Origin: Cylindrospermopsis raciborskii Cr2010
GTDB lineage: Bacteria > Cyanobacteriota > Cyanobacteriia > Cyanobacteriales > Nostocaceae
DNA: 32,000 nt
Direction: 5' to 3'
Assembly (NCBI RefSeq): GCF_003367075.2
Contig: NZ_CP065936.1
Coordinates: forward strand, 1,080,001 to 1,112,000
The notes beneath the pieces are model-generated. The model was not told where the DNA came from. It searched no databases and was given only the letters and a program-made list of their open reading frames with translations. A program made the position numbers and the translations under genes. Shown here piece after piece: positions 10,061-19,742 of the stretch; the first letter of the stretch is position 1, and every line of letters starts with the position of its first letter.

Positions 10061-12586
10061 ATGCGTGCAGTGCTAATGGCAGGTGGTTCAGGGACAAGAC
10101 TACGTCCTCTAACCTGTGATCTACCCAAACCAATGGTTCCCATCTTGAACAGACCAATTGCCGAACATATTATTCATCTTCTTCGAGAAAATGAAATTAC
10201 GGAAATAATCGCCACATTACACTACTTACCAGACGTAATTCGGGAATATTTTCAAGACGGTAGTGATTTTGGGGTGCAAATTACCTATGCAATTGAAGAA
10301 GAACAAGCTCTAGGTACAGCGGGTTGTGTTAAGAACGTAGCTGAACTATTAGACGAAACATTTTTAGTAATAAGCGGTGATAGCATTACAGATTTTGATT
10401 TAAAAGCAGCCATTGAGTTTCATAAGCAAAAAAACTCCAAAGCCACTTTAATATTAACCCGTGTTCCCAACCCAATTGAATTTGGAGTGGTAATTACAGA
10501 TGAGGAAGGTCACATCAGAAGATTTTTAGAAAAACCTTCCACAGGGGAAGTTTTTTCCGACACGGTTAATACGGGCATTTATGTTTTAGAACCAGAAGTT
10601 TTAGAATACCTACCAGAAAATACGGAATCTGATTTTTCAAAAGACCTATTTCCCTTGCTATTAGAGAAGAATGAACCCATTTATGGTTATATTGACCGAG
10701 GCTACTGGTGTGATGTAGGTCACTTAGACGCCTACAGAGAGGCACAATATGATGCTTTAAGGAGGAAAGTGAAATTAGAGATTGCCTATATGGAAGTTTC
10801 TCCCTCCCTATGGATAGGTCAAAATACTTATATTGACCCCACAGCAAAAATTGAGAGTCCCACTATTATTGGTAATAATTGCCGAATTGGGGCCAGGGTA
10901 AAAATTGAAGATGGTACAATAATTGGTGACAACGTGACCATTGGTGCGGATGCGAATTTAAAACGTCCCATAGTCTGGAATGGAGCGATTATTGGGGAAG
11001 AAGCAGAACTATCTGCTTGTGTCATTTCCCGTGGTACTAGGGTAGACCGTCGTGCCCATGTAATGGAAGCTGCTATTGTGGGTTCCTTGTCCACGGTAGG
11101 AGAAGAGGCACAAATTAATCCAGGGATTCGGGTTTGGCCGAGTAAAAAGATTGAATCTGGTGCTGTTTTAAACATTAATTTAATATGGGGAAACACCGCT
11201 CAACGAAACTTATTTGGTCAGCGAGGGGTACAAGGTTTAGCAAACATTGATATTAGTCCAGAATTTGCTGTGAAACTGGGTGTAGCTTATGGTTCCACCT
11301 TAAAACCGGGTTCCATAGTCAGCGTTTCCCGTGATCAGCGCACCGTCTCGCGTATGGTCACCCGTTCTCTGATTGCTGGATTAATGTCTGTAGGGGTAGA
11401 TATTCAAAATCTTGACTCCACTGCAATTCCCATTGCCAGAACCGTAATTCCCAAAATGGCTTTAGTTGGTGGGATTCATGTGCGAGTGCACCCAGACCGT
11501 CCCGATTATATCCTGATTGAGTTTATGGATGGTAAAGGAATTAATATTACTAAAGCTCAGGAAAAGAAAATTGAAGGAGCTTATTTTAAAGAGGACATGC
11601 GAAGGGCACAAAGTCATGAAATTGGAGATGTGTCCTATCCTAGTCAGGTCATAGATTATTATTGTACAGCTTTTGAAAATCTTTTAAATGTAGAAACTTT
11701 ACGTAATAGTCGAGCCAAGATTGTTATCGACTATGTTTATGCTATTTCCGGTGCTGTCCTACCCCAACTGCTGGATAAATTTGGTGCGGATGCAGTAGTT
11801 TTAAATGCCAGTGTAAATAAAACATCAATGACCATAACAACCAAAGAGGGGCTATTAACTCAATTAGGTCATGTAGTAGAAGCGGTGAAAGCGAACTTTG
11901 GTGTACAGGTGTCTGCAAATGGGGAACAACTAATTTTAGTGGATGAGTCTGGTTATCCCGTGCGTGGAGAAATGCTGACAGCATTAATGGTAGAAATGAT
12001 GTTAACAGCTAATCCTCGAAGTTCCGTAGTTGTACCAGTACATGCTTCGAGTGCAGTGGAACAGGTAGCACGTCGTCATGACGGTAGAGTAATTCGCACC
12101 AAAGCCAACCCCACAGCTTTAATGGAAGCTTGTCAAAAAAATTCCCATGTGGTATTAGGCGGTAGTGGCGAAACCGGTTTTATTTTCCCCCAATTACATC
12201 CTGGATTTGATTCCATGTTTTGCATCGCCAAATTGATTGAAATGTTAACAATTCAAGAGCGTTCCTTGACTGCTGTGCGGGGAGAGTTACCGCGAGTGAT
12301 TCACAAGAATTATACCATTCGTTGTCCTTGGATTGCCAAAGGAGCTTTAATGCGTTATCTAGTGGAAACCCATCCCGCACACAACCTAGAATTGATTGAT
12401 GGAGTAAAAATTTGTCAATCTTATGATGACAGTTGGGTACTAGTATTACCAGATGCTAGTGAACCCTTAGTGCATTTATTTGTTAACAGTAGTGATAAGG
12501 AGTGGGCAGACGAAAATATGAGGATTTATCGTTATCGCGTACAAACTTTTGTGGAACGTCAACAGGAACACTACGCAGAAGTTTAA
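10061..12586 (+). CDS. Fused sugar-1-phosphate nucleotidyltransferase (mannose-1-phosphate guanylyltransferase-like) with a phosphoglucomutase/phosphomannomutase-like domain
   Basis: The N-terminus MRAVLMAGGSGTRLRPLT...KPMVP is the NTP-transferase signature. It is followed by left-handed beta-helix hexapeptide repeats and a C-terminal PGM/PMM-like alpha/beta domain series. The protein is 841 aa with an AGGAGG RBS. Confidence 0.8.
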   Translation: MRAVLMAGGSGTRLRPLTCDLPKPMVPILNRPIAEHIIHLLRENEITEIIATLHYLPDVIREYFQDGSDFGVQITYAIEEEQALGTAGCVKNVAELLDETFLVISGDSITDFDLKAAIEFHKQKNSKATLILTRVPNPIEFGVVITDEEGHIRRFLEKPSTGEVFSDTVNTGIYVLEPEVLEYLPENTESDFSKDLFPLLLEKNEPIYGYIDRGYWCDVGHLDAYREAQYDALRRKVKLEIAYMEVSPSLWIGQNTYIDPTAKIESPTIIGNNCRIGARVKIEDGTIIGDNVTIGADANLKRPIVWNGAIIGEEAELSACVISRGTRVDRRAHVMEAAIVGSLSTVGEEAQINPGIRVWPSKKIESGAVLNINLIWGNTAQRNLFGQRGVQGLANIDISPEFAVKLGVAYGSTLKPGSIVSVSRDQRTVSRMVTRSLIAGLMSVGVDIQNLDSTAIPIARTVIPKMALVGGIHVRVHPDRPDYILIEFMDGKGINITKAQEKKIEGAYFKEDMRRAQSHEIGDVSYPSQVIDYYCTAFENLLNVETLRNSRAKIVIDYVYAISGAVLPQLLDKFGADAVVLNASVNKTSMTITTKEGLLTQLGHVVEAVKANFGVQVSANGEQLILVDESGYPVRGEMLTALMVEMMLTANPRSSVVVPVHASSAVEQVARRHDGRVIRTKANPTALMEACQKNSHVVLGGSGETGFIFPQLHPGFDSMFCIAKLIEMLTIQERSLTAVRGELPRVIHKNYTIRCPWIAKGALMRYLVETHPAHNLELIDGVKICQSYDDSWVLVLPDASEPLVHLFVNSSDKEWADENMRIYRYRVQTFVERQQEHYAEV

Positions 12587-12660
12587 CCTAGGTTATAGTT
12601 TTTTTGTCAAAAACCTGGAATAAGTTTAAAATATAAGACAGTAGATAGTTTCTTTTTCCT

Positions 12661-13368
12661 ATGAGCAAAACCTTAACTGAATCTATCCGCCAAAGGATTC
12701 TGGGTGGTGGGGAAAGATTTTGGCATCATCAAGACTTATCCGACTATCCCTTAGCCACCGTGGCTAAAACCCTTACTCAACTGGTGAAAGAAGGCATCCT
12801 GCAACGGGTCAGTAAAGGTCATTATTACCATCCCCGCCCTACTCGATTCGGTATAAGTCAGCCTATCCCTGGTAAAATTCCTCCCCGACTAGCCCAAACG
12901 CCCGTATATCCCGCCGGAGTCAATGCTGCTAATTTACTAGGATTTACCACCCAGAACGCCCTCAACGGGACTTTTGCAACCACCGCCAATAGCCTACCTA
13001 GGGTTTGGTTAGGAGAACGGGCAAAACTTTATACCCGTCGTCCTAGCACTTGGGGAAATCTATCAACTAAGGAAGCAGCTCTGCTGGACTTTTTACGTTA
13101 CCGGGGAAAATGGAGCGATTTGTCTCCTGCTCAGACGCACCAACAATTGCTCAAACATTTTCAATCTCCAGAAATGTTCGAGCGATTGGTAGCGATCGCC
13201 CATACCGAACCACCGCGAGTGAGAGCAATGTTGGGGGCACTAGGACAGGAATTAGGGTACTCGGTTGAGTTATTGCAACGGTTAAGGGGATTGTTGAATC
13301 CTTACTCTAGATTTGATTTTGGGAAATTAAGTACTTTGCGTTATGCTCGGGAATGGCAATCTAAATGA
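12661..13368 (+). CDS. AbiEi-like antitoxin/transcriptional regulator (type IV TA)
   Basis: An N-terminal winged-helix-like segment (ATVAKTLTQLVKEGILQRVSKGHYYHP) is followed by AGVNAANLLGFTTQ, as in AbiEi/DUF6088-type proteins. The stop overlaps the AbiEii start by 4 bp (ATGA at 13365-13368). Confidence 0.6.
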   Translation: MSKTLTESIRQRILGGGERFWHHQDLSDYPLATVAKTLTQLVKEGILQRVSKGHYYHPRPTRFGISQPIPGKIPPRLAQTPVYPAGVNAANLLGFTTQNALNGTFATTANSLPRVWLGERAKLYTRRPSTWGNLSTKEAALLDFLRYRGKWSDLSPAQTHQQLLKHFQSPEMFERLVAIAHTEPPRVRAMLGALGQELGYSVELLQRLRGLLNPYSRFDFGKLSTLRYAREWQSK

Positions 13369-14336
13369 GATTAAACCAACATCCTGACTTTCAAGATGCG
13401 CTTGTCGCAGCTAGTGTTTATTTTGCCGCACACGGACTTACTCCCCAGTTAATCGAAAAGGATTACTATGTGACCGAGGCTTTACGGAGGATTGCTTGTG
13501 GTTGGGAAACTTCAGTTATTTTCAAAGGAGGAACGAGTTTATCCAAAGGTTGGCAATTAATCAATCGGTTTTCGGAAGATATCGATCTATTTCTGAATAA
13601 ACAAGCTTTCACACCACCCTTGGGAGCCAATCGCGTCGATAAGGAATTGATGGAGATTGAAGCTGCGGTAGCTCTGAACCCCGGTTTAACTCTGGTGAAG
13701 GATTTAGGAAATCGCAAACGCGGTGCGAGTCGGAATAGTTACTTTGACTATCGATCAAGATTTCCAGAAACCGAGACTATCTCTATCATCGCTCCCAGAA
13801 TTTTACTGGAGATGGGAACGCGCAGCGGAGACTATCCCATTCAGCGAGTGGAACTTACTTCTTATGTGGTGAAATTTCTGCAGACCGTGGGGGAGAATTT
13901 AGGAACTGAGGATGAAAGTAGCTTTTCGATGCTTCTACTAGATTTTCGGCGGACTGCAATCGAAAAGTTGTTTGCAATCCACAGTCGTGTCGGACAGTAC
14001 ATCCAAACTAAAGAAGGCTTGGGAAAATACACTCGCCATTACTACGACCTCTACTGCTTATTGCAACAAGTCGAAGTTCGTACTATGTTAGAAAATGATG
14101 AGTATCAGCAACTTAAGTTTGATTGCGATCGCATTAGTCGCGAGAGTTTTGGTGATAGCTACACACCACCACCAGGATTGAGTTTTAGGGATAGTTTGGC
14201 TCTATTTCCTGATGCGGAGTTGAAGTCTTACTTGAGTTGGGAATATACAATTCAATGTCGTCCGTTATGTTATGGTAGTTTTCCCACTTGGGAGGAGATT
14301 TTAGACTGCTTTGAATCTGTTCGCCCGTTGCTATAA
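13365..14336 (+). CDS. Nucleotidyltransferase AbiEii/AbiGii-family toxin
   Basis: The pol-beta-type NTase motif FKGGTSLSKGWQLINRFSEDIDLF is present. The length of 323 aa and translational coupling to the upstream AbiEi-like gene also fit. Confidence 0.8.
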   Translation: MRLNQHPDFQDALVAASVYFAAHGLTPQLIEKDYYVTEALRRIACGWETSVIFKGGTSLSKGWQLINRFSEDIDLFLNKQAFTPPLGANRVDKELMEIEAAVALNPGLTLVKDLGNRKRGASRNSYFDYRSRFPETETISIIAPRILLEMGTRSGDYPIQRVELTSYVVKFLQTVGENLGTEDESSFSMLLLDFRRTAIEKLFAIHSRVGQYIQTKEGLGKYTRHYYDLYCLLQQVEVRTMLENDEYQQLKFDCDRISRESFGDSYTPPPGLSFRDSLALFPDAELKSYLSWEYTIQCRPLCYGSFPTWEEILDCFESVRPLL

Positions 14337-14711
14337 TTCTGATTTTGCAATCAGAGAAAACAGCTTATCAAACTATTATCATCAAAATAGGTAAAACCCG
14401 AAGTAGCACTCTCTCGAATGAACTTTTGTCCGTCATAATAACTGAGATTATGTTACATCTAGAGCAACTATTCACTGAATTTAGTCAGATTAACACAATT
14501 CATCAATCTAAAGTATTGTCACATTCAACAAAAATTTAATATAAGATAAGCAATAGGATTAAATAAACAGTCAATCTTGCCAATATTAATTTATGGCAGA
14601 TTGGATGATTTTTGAATGGATTATGATGGGGGAAAAAATATTGAATTTAATAATTTGAACTAATTTGAGTTTAGTTGATTGTCACTCTAAGACCTTGTAG
14701 TATTTGATAAA

Positions 14712-15332
14712 ATGGTGATAATTATGTCTTCTAGTCTTGATGCCAATAGTACCAATAATATTTATGAAACTTACGATAAACACGAGAGCAAGTTTTTAAC
14801 CCCCTTTGAACGTAAAACACTGTTAAAAAATTTGCAAACCAATTCCCACCCAGAGTATCGCCGCAGAATTGAAATTATCTTATTAGCTGATATGGGAAAA
14901 TCCCAATCTCAGATCTGTGAGATTATCGACTGTTCCCAGGAAATGGCCAGATATTGGATGGGTATAGCAGAAGCAGGAATGGCACACAAATGGAAAGAGC
15001 GAAAGATAGGGAGACCAAAAACCGTTAATAATCAGTACTTAGAAAGATTGAAAGACCTAGTTAATCATAGTCCTCGGGAATATGGCTATGCTTTTAGCAA
15101 TTGGACCGCTCAATGGTTGAGTAAACATCTAGCTAAGGAATTGGGTATTACCATTAGCGATCGCCATATTAATCGGTTACTCAAGCAAATGGGACTTTCC
15201 ACTAGAGCTAAAAACCCCTGTGCCATAAAAGATCCAGCAAATCAGGATAAAAGTATTTCAATTTGTGATTTACCATCCAACTTAGAACCTAGTTTTAATT
15301 GGTCATTTAGTCTACTTCCAAATCATCAATGA
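14712..15332 (+). CDS. HTH/winged-helix DNA-binding protein resembling the N-terminal half of IS630-family transposases (no DDE domain)
   Basis: RRRIEIILLADMGKSQSQICEIIDCSQEMARYW...GRPKT...REYGYAFSNWTAQWLSKHLAKELGITISDRHINRLLKQMGLS matches the double-HTH module of IS630/Tc1-type transposases. The ORF ends before any catalytic domain. An alternative start lies at 14724. Confidence 0.6.
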   Translation: MVIIMSSSLDANSTNNIYETYDKHESKFLTPFERKTLLKNLQTNSHPEYRRRIEIILLADMGKSQSQICEIIDCSQEMARYWMGIAEAGMAHKWKERKIGRPKTVNNQYLERLKDLVNHSPREYGYAFSNWTAQWLSKHLAKELGITISDRHINRLLKQMGLSTRAKNPCAIKDPANQDKSISICDLPSNLEPSFNWSFSLLPNHQ

Positions 15333-15355
15333 TCTCCGGCGAATAATCACTGATA

Positions 15356-15431
15356 AGAACGTAGGTTGGGTTGAGGAACGAAACCCAACGCCCCCATGAG
15401 CATCCTACAAATAATTGTGCCTCCCTACTTA
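15356..15431 (+). repeat. MITE-like element, copy 1: REP hairpin (GTAGGTTGGGTTGAGGAACGAAACCCAAC) plus a conserved tail (CATCCTACAAATAATTGTGCCTCCCTACTTA)
   Basis: The same two-part element recurs at 20577-20667. The REP part recurs at 26513, 29335, 29437 and throughout 30147-32000. The element ends 14 nt before the ABC transporter ATG. Confidence 0.75.
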
Positions 15432-15445
15432 TAGGAGTTTAGGAA

Positions 15446-18163
15446 ATGATTTCAGCCCTTTCTCAAGAACATATATCTGCCCAAATTAGTCATATTTTAG
15501 GTAAATCCCTGGATCAAAAGGATTTAGAAAATTGTTTGCAAAAATTGGAAATCATTGAACCTATTGTGGGGAAACAATTTTGGCAATCTGAAACCGCCCG
15601 CCCAGGAATTTATTTAGTATTATCAGGTCGAGCGAGAATATTAGATAGTAGGAACAATTTAGTTAGCACTTTAACATTGGGAGCATGCTTTGGGGAGTTG
15701 ACATTATTTCCCGAATATGATTTTGCCAATTATGTTGTTAGAGCTTCCGTAGATTTAAAGATTGGTTATCTTCCCCAGGAAGTAATTAATCAATTGCCTA
15801 GTGTTCTAGAGCGTCTGCTACTCCAAGCCAAGAATTGGGATAGCTTTTTAAAAACACACCTAGAAACACCAATCTCTACCACAAGTCAGAATATCATTCA
15901 ATTTCCTCCAGAGAGGAAACCAGTTAAACCAGCTAAACCAGAACGGAAAAAATCACAAAAATACTTCCCTACTCCCACAGTTACAGTTAGTAATTGGTGG
16001 CATAAAATTAGTAAACGATACCCATATTTTGAACAACAAAGTGCTTCCGACTGTGGCGCAGCTTGTTTAGTAATGATTAGCCGTTATTGGGGGAAAAATT
16101 TCAGTATTAATCGTCTGCGAGAACTGGCTAATGTTAACCGTTCTGGTGCATCAATGAAAAGTTTAACCAGTGCTGCTGAAAGTATTGGTTTTGCCACCCG
16201 TCCAGTAAAAGCCAGTTTAGATAAATTTGCTCAGCAACCATTACCCGCGATCGCCCATTGGGAGGGAAAACATTATATAGTAGTCTATGAGATTAGCAAA
16301 AAACAGGTAATTGTAGGAGATCCCGCTATTGGACAACGAACTTTAACAGTTGAGGAATTTAAAGCTGGGTGGACTGGTTATGCACTATTATTAGAACCTA
16401 CAAAATCTTTTCAAGAGAGCATAGAAGCTAACAGCCCATTTTGGCAGTTATTTGAGTTAGTGAAACCTCACTTTCAGATACTTGTAGAAGTTTTGGTGGC
16501 TTCGATTTTAATTCAGATCTTTGGTTTGGTAACACCCCTATTTACCCAACTTTTGTTGGATCGGGTTATAGTTCAGGGTAGCACAATAACCCTAAATACA
16601 GTTGGGTTTGGTTTACTAATTTTCGGATTATTTAGAGTAGTGATTAATGGACTTAGACAATATTTATTAGACCACACAGCTAATAAAATTAGCGTAGCAT
16701 TATTGGTGGGATTTATCAAACATACATTTTTACTACCCTTGTCTTTTTTTGAGTCTCGTTATGTGGGTGACATTGTTTCTCGCGTACAAGAAAACCAAAA
16801 AATTCAGCGATTCCTCACGGGGGAAGCCCTATCTATTATTCTAGATTTACTAACGGTATTTATTTATGTAGGCTTGATGTTTTGGTATAGTCCACCTCTA
16901 GCATTGTTTGTTTTAGCAATTGTCCCACCATTTGTTTTTCTAGCATTATTTGCCACACCTTTTTTGAGACGTATTAGTCGAGAAGTATTTGGAGCATTAG
17001 CCAAAGAGAATAGCTATTTAATTCAGGCTTTAAGTGGCATTTCTTCAATTCGTTCCTTAGCTATAGAACAAACTGTAAGATGGCGCTGGGAAGAATTACT
17101 ACATAATTTGACCAAGAAAAACTTTGCCGTTCAAATTATTAGTAATAAGTTACAAATAATTAGTGCCACCATTCAATCTTTAGCAACAACAGGCTTACTC
17201 TGGTTTGGCGCTTGGTTAGTAATTCACAATCAGTTGACTATTGGTCAACTAGTAGCCTTTAATATGTTATTAGGCAACATTATCCAGCCTTTTCAAAGGT
17301 TAATCGTGTTGTGGAATCAACTTCAAGAAGTTATAGTTTCTACCGAGCGCATTAATGATGTATTAGAAGCAGAAGTAGAAGAAGATTTAGTCATCCAACC
17401 TCGGCAAAGTCTATCAAAACTAAGGGGAGAAATTTGCTTTGAAAATGTCACCTTTCGTTATCACAAAGACAGCGATATTAACATTTTAGAAAACATCAAC
17501 TTTCACATTAAACCTGAACAAACCGTAGCAGTAGTAGGAAGAAGTGGATCTGGTAAGACAACTCTATCCAAACTAATTTTAGGATTATATCCTGCGACAG
17601 ATGGTAGAATTTTAATAGACAATCAAGATGTGACAAGTATTGCTCTCAAATCCTTACGGTCTCAAATAGGGGTTGTGGACCAGGACACATTTTTATTTGG
17701 TGGTACAATTAGAGAAAACATCAGTATTGCCCATCCAGAATCCACCTTAGAAGAAATCATTACCGTGGCACAATTAGCAGGTGCAGATGAATTTATTAAA
17801 TTTATGCCCATGGGTTACGAAACTCAAATTGGTGAGGGAGGAGGTATGTTATCGGGGGGACAAAGACAACGATTAGCTATAGCTAGAGCATTATTAGGAA
17901 ATCCGCGCCTTTTAATATTAGATGAAGCCACCAGTCATCTAGATGCAGAATCTGAAAGAATTATTCAAAAAAACTTGCAGAAAATTCTCAAAGGACGCAC
18001 TAGTTTAATAATTGCCCATCGTCTATCTACCGTACGTCATGCTGACTTAATTTTAGTATTAGATCGGGGAATTTTAGTCGAGCAAGGTACTCACGAAGAA
18101 TTGATTGCTAAACGTGGAAATTATTACTATCTTAATCAACAACAGTTATCCGTAGTTAGTTAG
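15446..18163 (+). CDS. Cyclic-nucleotide-binding-domain / C39 peptidase / ABC transporter fusion (PCAT-type bacteriocin/peptide exporter)
   Basis: The N-terminal cNMP-binding fold carries FGELTLF. The C39 domain has apparently intact catalytic positions (QQSASDCGAACL, HYIVVY, VGDPA). Six transmembrane helices follow. The nucleotide-binding domain has Walker A GRSGSGKTT, signature LSGGQRQR and Walker B LLILDEATSHLD. Confidence 0.88.
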   Translation: MISALSQEHISAQISHILGKSLDQKDLENCLQKLEIIEPIVGKQFWQSETARPGIYLVLSGRARILDSRNNLVSTLTLGACFGELTLFPEYDFANYVVRASVDLKIGYLPQEVINQLPSVLERLLLQAKNWDSFLKTHLETPISTTSQNIIQFPPERKPVKPAKPERKKSQKYFPTPTVTVSNWWHKISKRYPYFEQQSASDCGAACLVMISRYWGKNFSINRLRELANVNRSGASMKSLTSAAESIGFATRPVKASLDKFAQQPLPAIAHWEGKHYIVVYEISKKQVIVGDPAIGQRTLTVEEFKAGWTGYALLLEPTKSFQESIEANSPFWQLFELVKPHFQILVEVLVASILIQIFGLVTPLFTQLLLDRVIVQGSTITLNTVGFGLLIFGLFRVVINGLRQYLLDHTANKISVALLVGFIKHTFLLPLSFFESRYVGDIVSRVQENQKIQRFLTGEALSIILDLLTVFIYVGLMFWYSPPLALFVLAIVPPFVFLALFATPFLRRISREVFGALAKENSYLIQALSGISSIRSLAIEQTVRWRWEELLHNLTKKNFAVQIISNKLQIISATIQSLATTGLLWFGAWLVIHNQLTIGQLVAFNMLLGNIIQPFQRLIVLWNQLQEVIVSTERINDVLEAEVEEDLVIQPRQSLSKLRGEICFENVTFRYHKDSDINILENINFHIKPEQTVAVVGRSGSGKTTLSKLILGLYPATDGRILIDNQDVTSIALKSLRSQIGVVDQDTFLFGGTIRENISIAHPESTLEEIITVAQLAGADEFIKFMPMGYETQIGEGGGMLSGGQRQRLAIARALLGNPRLLILDEATSHLDAESERIIQKNLQKILKGRTSLIIAHRLSTVRHADLILVLDRGILVEQGTHEELIAKRGNYYYLNQQQLSVVS

Positions 18164-18186
18164 TGAACTTGAGGTAAGGGAAATTT

Positions 18187-19722
18187 ATGCCACAATCAAC
18201 CTATAATTCATCTTCGGCAATTTTGATATCAGAACAACCGCCAATTGCCGAAATTATTACTCAAGAAAATCCCAACCAGATAGAAACTTCAGTTAAAGAC
18301 TGGTTTTATGGCACGGAAGAATTATTAGATGCTTTACCCAAAGTGTGGACCAGATCAATGCTGTATTTACTAGTTACTTTTACAGCAGTTGCTTTACCAT
18401 GGATTATGTTCTCTCAAATTGACGAAACGGGGAGTGCTAGTGGTAGAATGGAACCAAAAGGTGCAACTCATAAGTTAGATAGTTCAGTCATGGGTAGTGT
18501 GGTTGCAGTTAATGTAAAAGAAGGTACCAGGGTTCAAGCTGGACAACCTTTGATGGAAATTGACTCTCAATTACTGCGCACACAATTACAAGAAGCTCAA
18601 GCAAAATTAGAGGGTTTAGTCAATCGTCAAACTCAAATAGAACTGTTATATAATCAGGTGTTGCTGGCTATTAATATTCAGAAACAACAAAATCAATCCC
18701 AATCCCTAGAAAAACTTGCCCAATTAAATCAAGCAAGGGAAAATCTCGATGCTAAACAGAGTGCGTATCAATTGCAAAAATTGGAAAGACTTACTCAAGT
18801 AGAACAAGTAAAACAGAATATCCAGTCTACCCAAATTGCTTATGGATTAGCTGAAAACCGTTTACGTCGAGATTCCCTAGAAGTTGCTCGCTATAACCAA
18901 CTGTTAGAAGAAGGGATAATTCCTCAAACCCGATTTGTGGAGATAGAAAAAACAGCAGAAGATAGTCAAAGATTACGACAGGAAGCTAGTTCTAACCTGC
19001 AAAGGGCTAGTTTACAACTACGGGAAGAATTAAGCCGATACAACTCGGTTATGAATCAATTAAGGTCAGAAATTCAACAAGCCAAACTCCGGTTACAAGA
19101 ACAGGAAAGTAGTTACCAAAGTATTATTCAAGCAGGTAAATTAACAGTGTTAAAAAATCAAGAGCAACTCAAAGATTTACAAACACAAATTAGTGGCATA
19201 AAATCGGAGATTAGCCAAACTAAAAGTCAAATCAAGTCCCTGCAATTACAATTACAACAACGAACATTGCGATCGCCTGTGGATGGTATAGTCTTCGAGC
19301 TACCGATTAAAAAGCCAGGTGCTGTTGTTCAGGTAGGACAAATGGTAGCTCAAATTGCTCCCAAAGATGCCAATTTAATTTTGAAAGCGGAAATACCAAG
19401 TCAACAAAGTGGTTTTATTAAAGTAGGAATGCCAGTAAAAATTAAATTTGATGCCTATCCATTCCAGGAGTATGGGGTAACTCAGGGAAGGGTTTTATGG
19501 ATTTCACCTGATGCAAAGGTTTCACCAAATAGACCCACTTCTGTGGAAACATACCAATTAGAAATTGCCTTAGAAAAACCCTATATCAAATCTGGGGATA
19601 AGCCCATTCCCCTAATACCAGGTCAAACAGCTACCGCAGAACTTATTGTCCGTCAACGTCGAGTTATGGATCTGATATTAGATCCATTTAAAAGATTACA
19701 GAAAAATGGTTTGGATTTATAA
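18187..19722 (+). CDS. HlyD-family membrane fusion/adaptor protein
   Basis: The protein has one N-terminal transmembrane helix (MLYLLVTFTAVALPWIMF), a lipoyl-like motif (V.EG..V.AGQPLMEID), a long Q/L-rich coiled coil and a C-terminal beta-barrel. It lies immediately downstream of the ABC gene. Confidence 0.85.
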   Translation: MPQSTYNSSSAILISEQPPIAEIITQENPNQIETSVKDWFYGTEELLDALPKVWTRSMLYLLVTFTAVALPWIMFSQIDETGSASGRMEPKGATHKLDSSVMGSVVAVNVKEGTRVQAGQPLMEIDSQLLRTQLQEAQAKLEGLVNRQTQIELLYNQVLLAINIQKQQNQSQSLEKLAQLNQARENLDAKQSAYQLQKLERLTQVEQVKQNIQSTQIAYGLAENRLRRDSLEVARYNQLLEEGIIPQTRFVEIEKTAEDSQRLRQEASSNLQRASLQLREELSRYNSVMNQLRSEIQQAKLRLQEQESSYQSIIQAGKLTVLKNQEQLKDLQTQISGIKSEISQTKSQIKSLQLQLQQRTLRSPVDGIVFELPIKKPGAVVQVGQMVAQIAPKDANLILKAEIPSQQSGFIKVGMPVKIKFDAYPFQEYGVTQGRVLWISPDAKVSPNRPTSVETYQLEIALEKPYIKSGDKPIPLIPGQTATAELIVRQRRVMDLILDPFKRLQKNGLDL

Positions 19723-19742
19723 GATTAGAGGAGGAAAAAATC

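Noticed and set aside
14345-14539. A 64-aa ORF after AbiEii (non-ATG start)
   Set aside because: It is AT-rich and low-complexity, with no RBS or family resemblance. It is probably non-coding spacer or promoter region.
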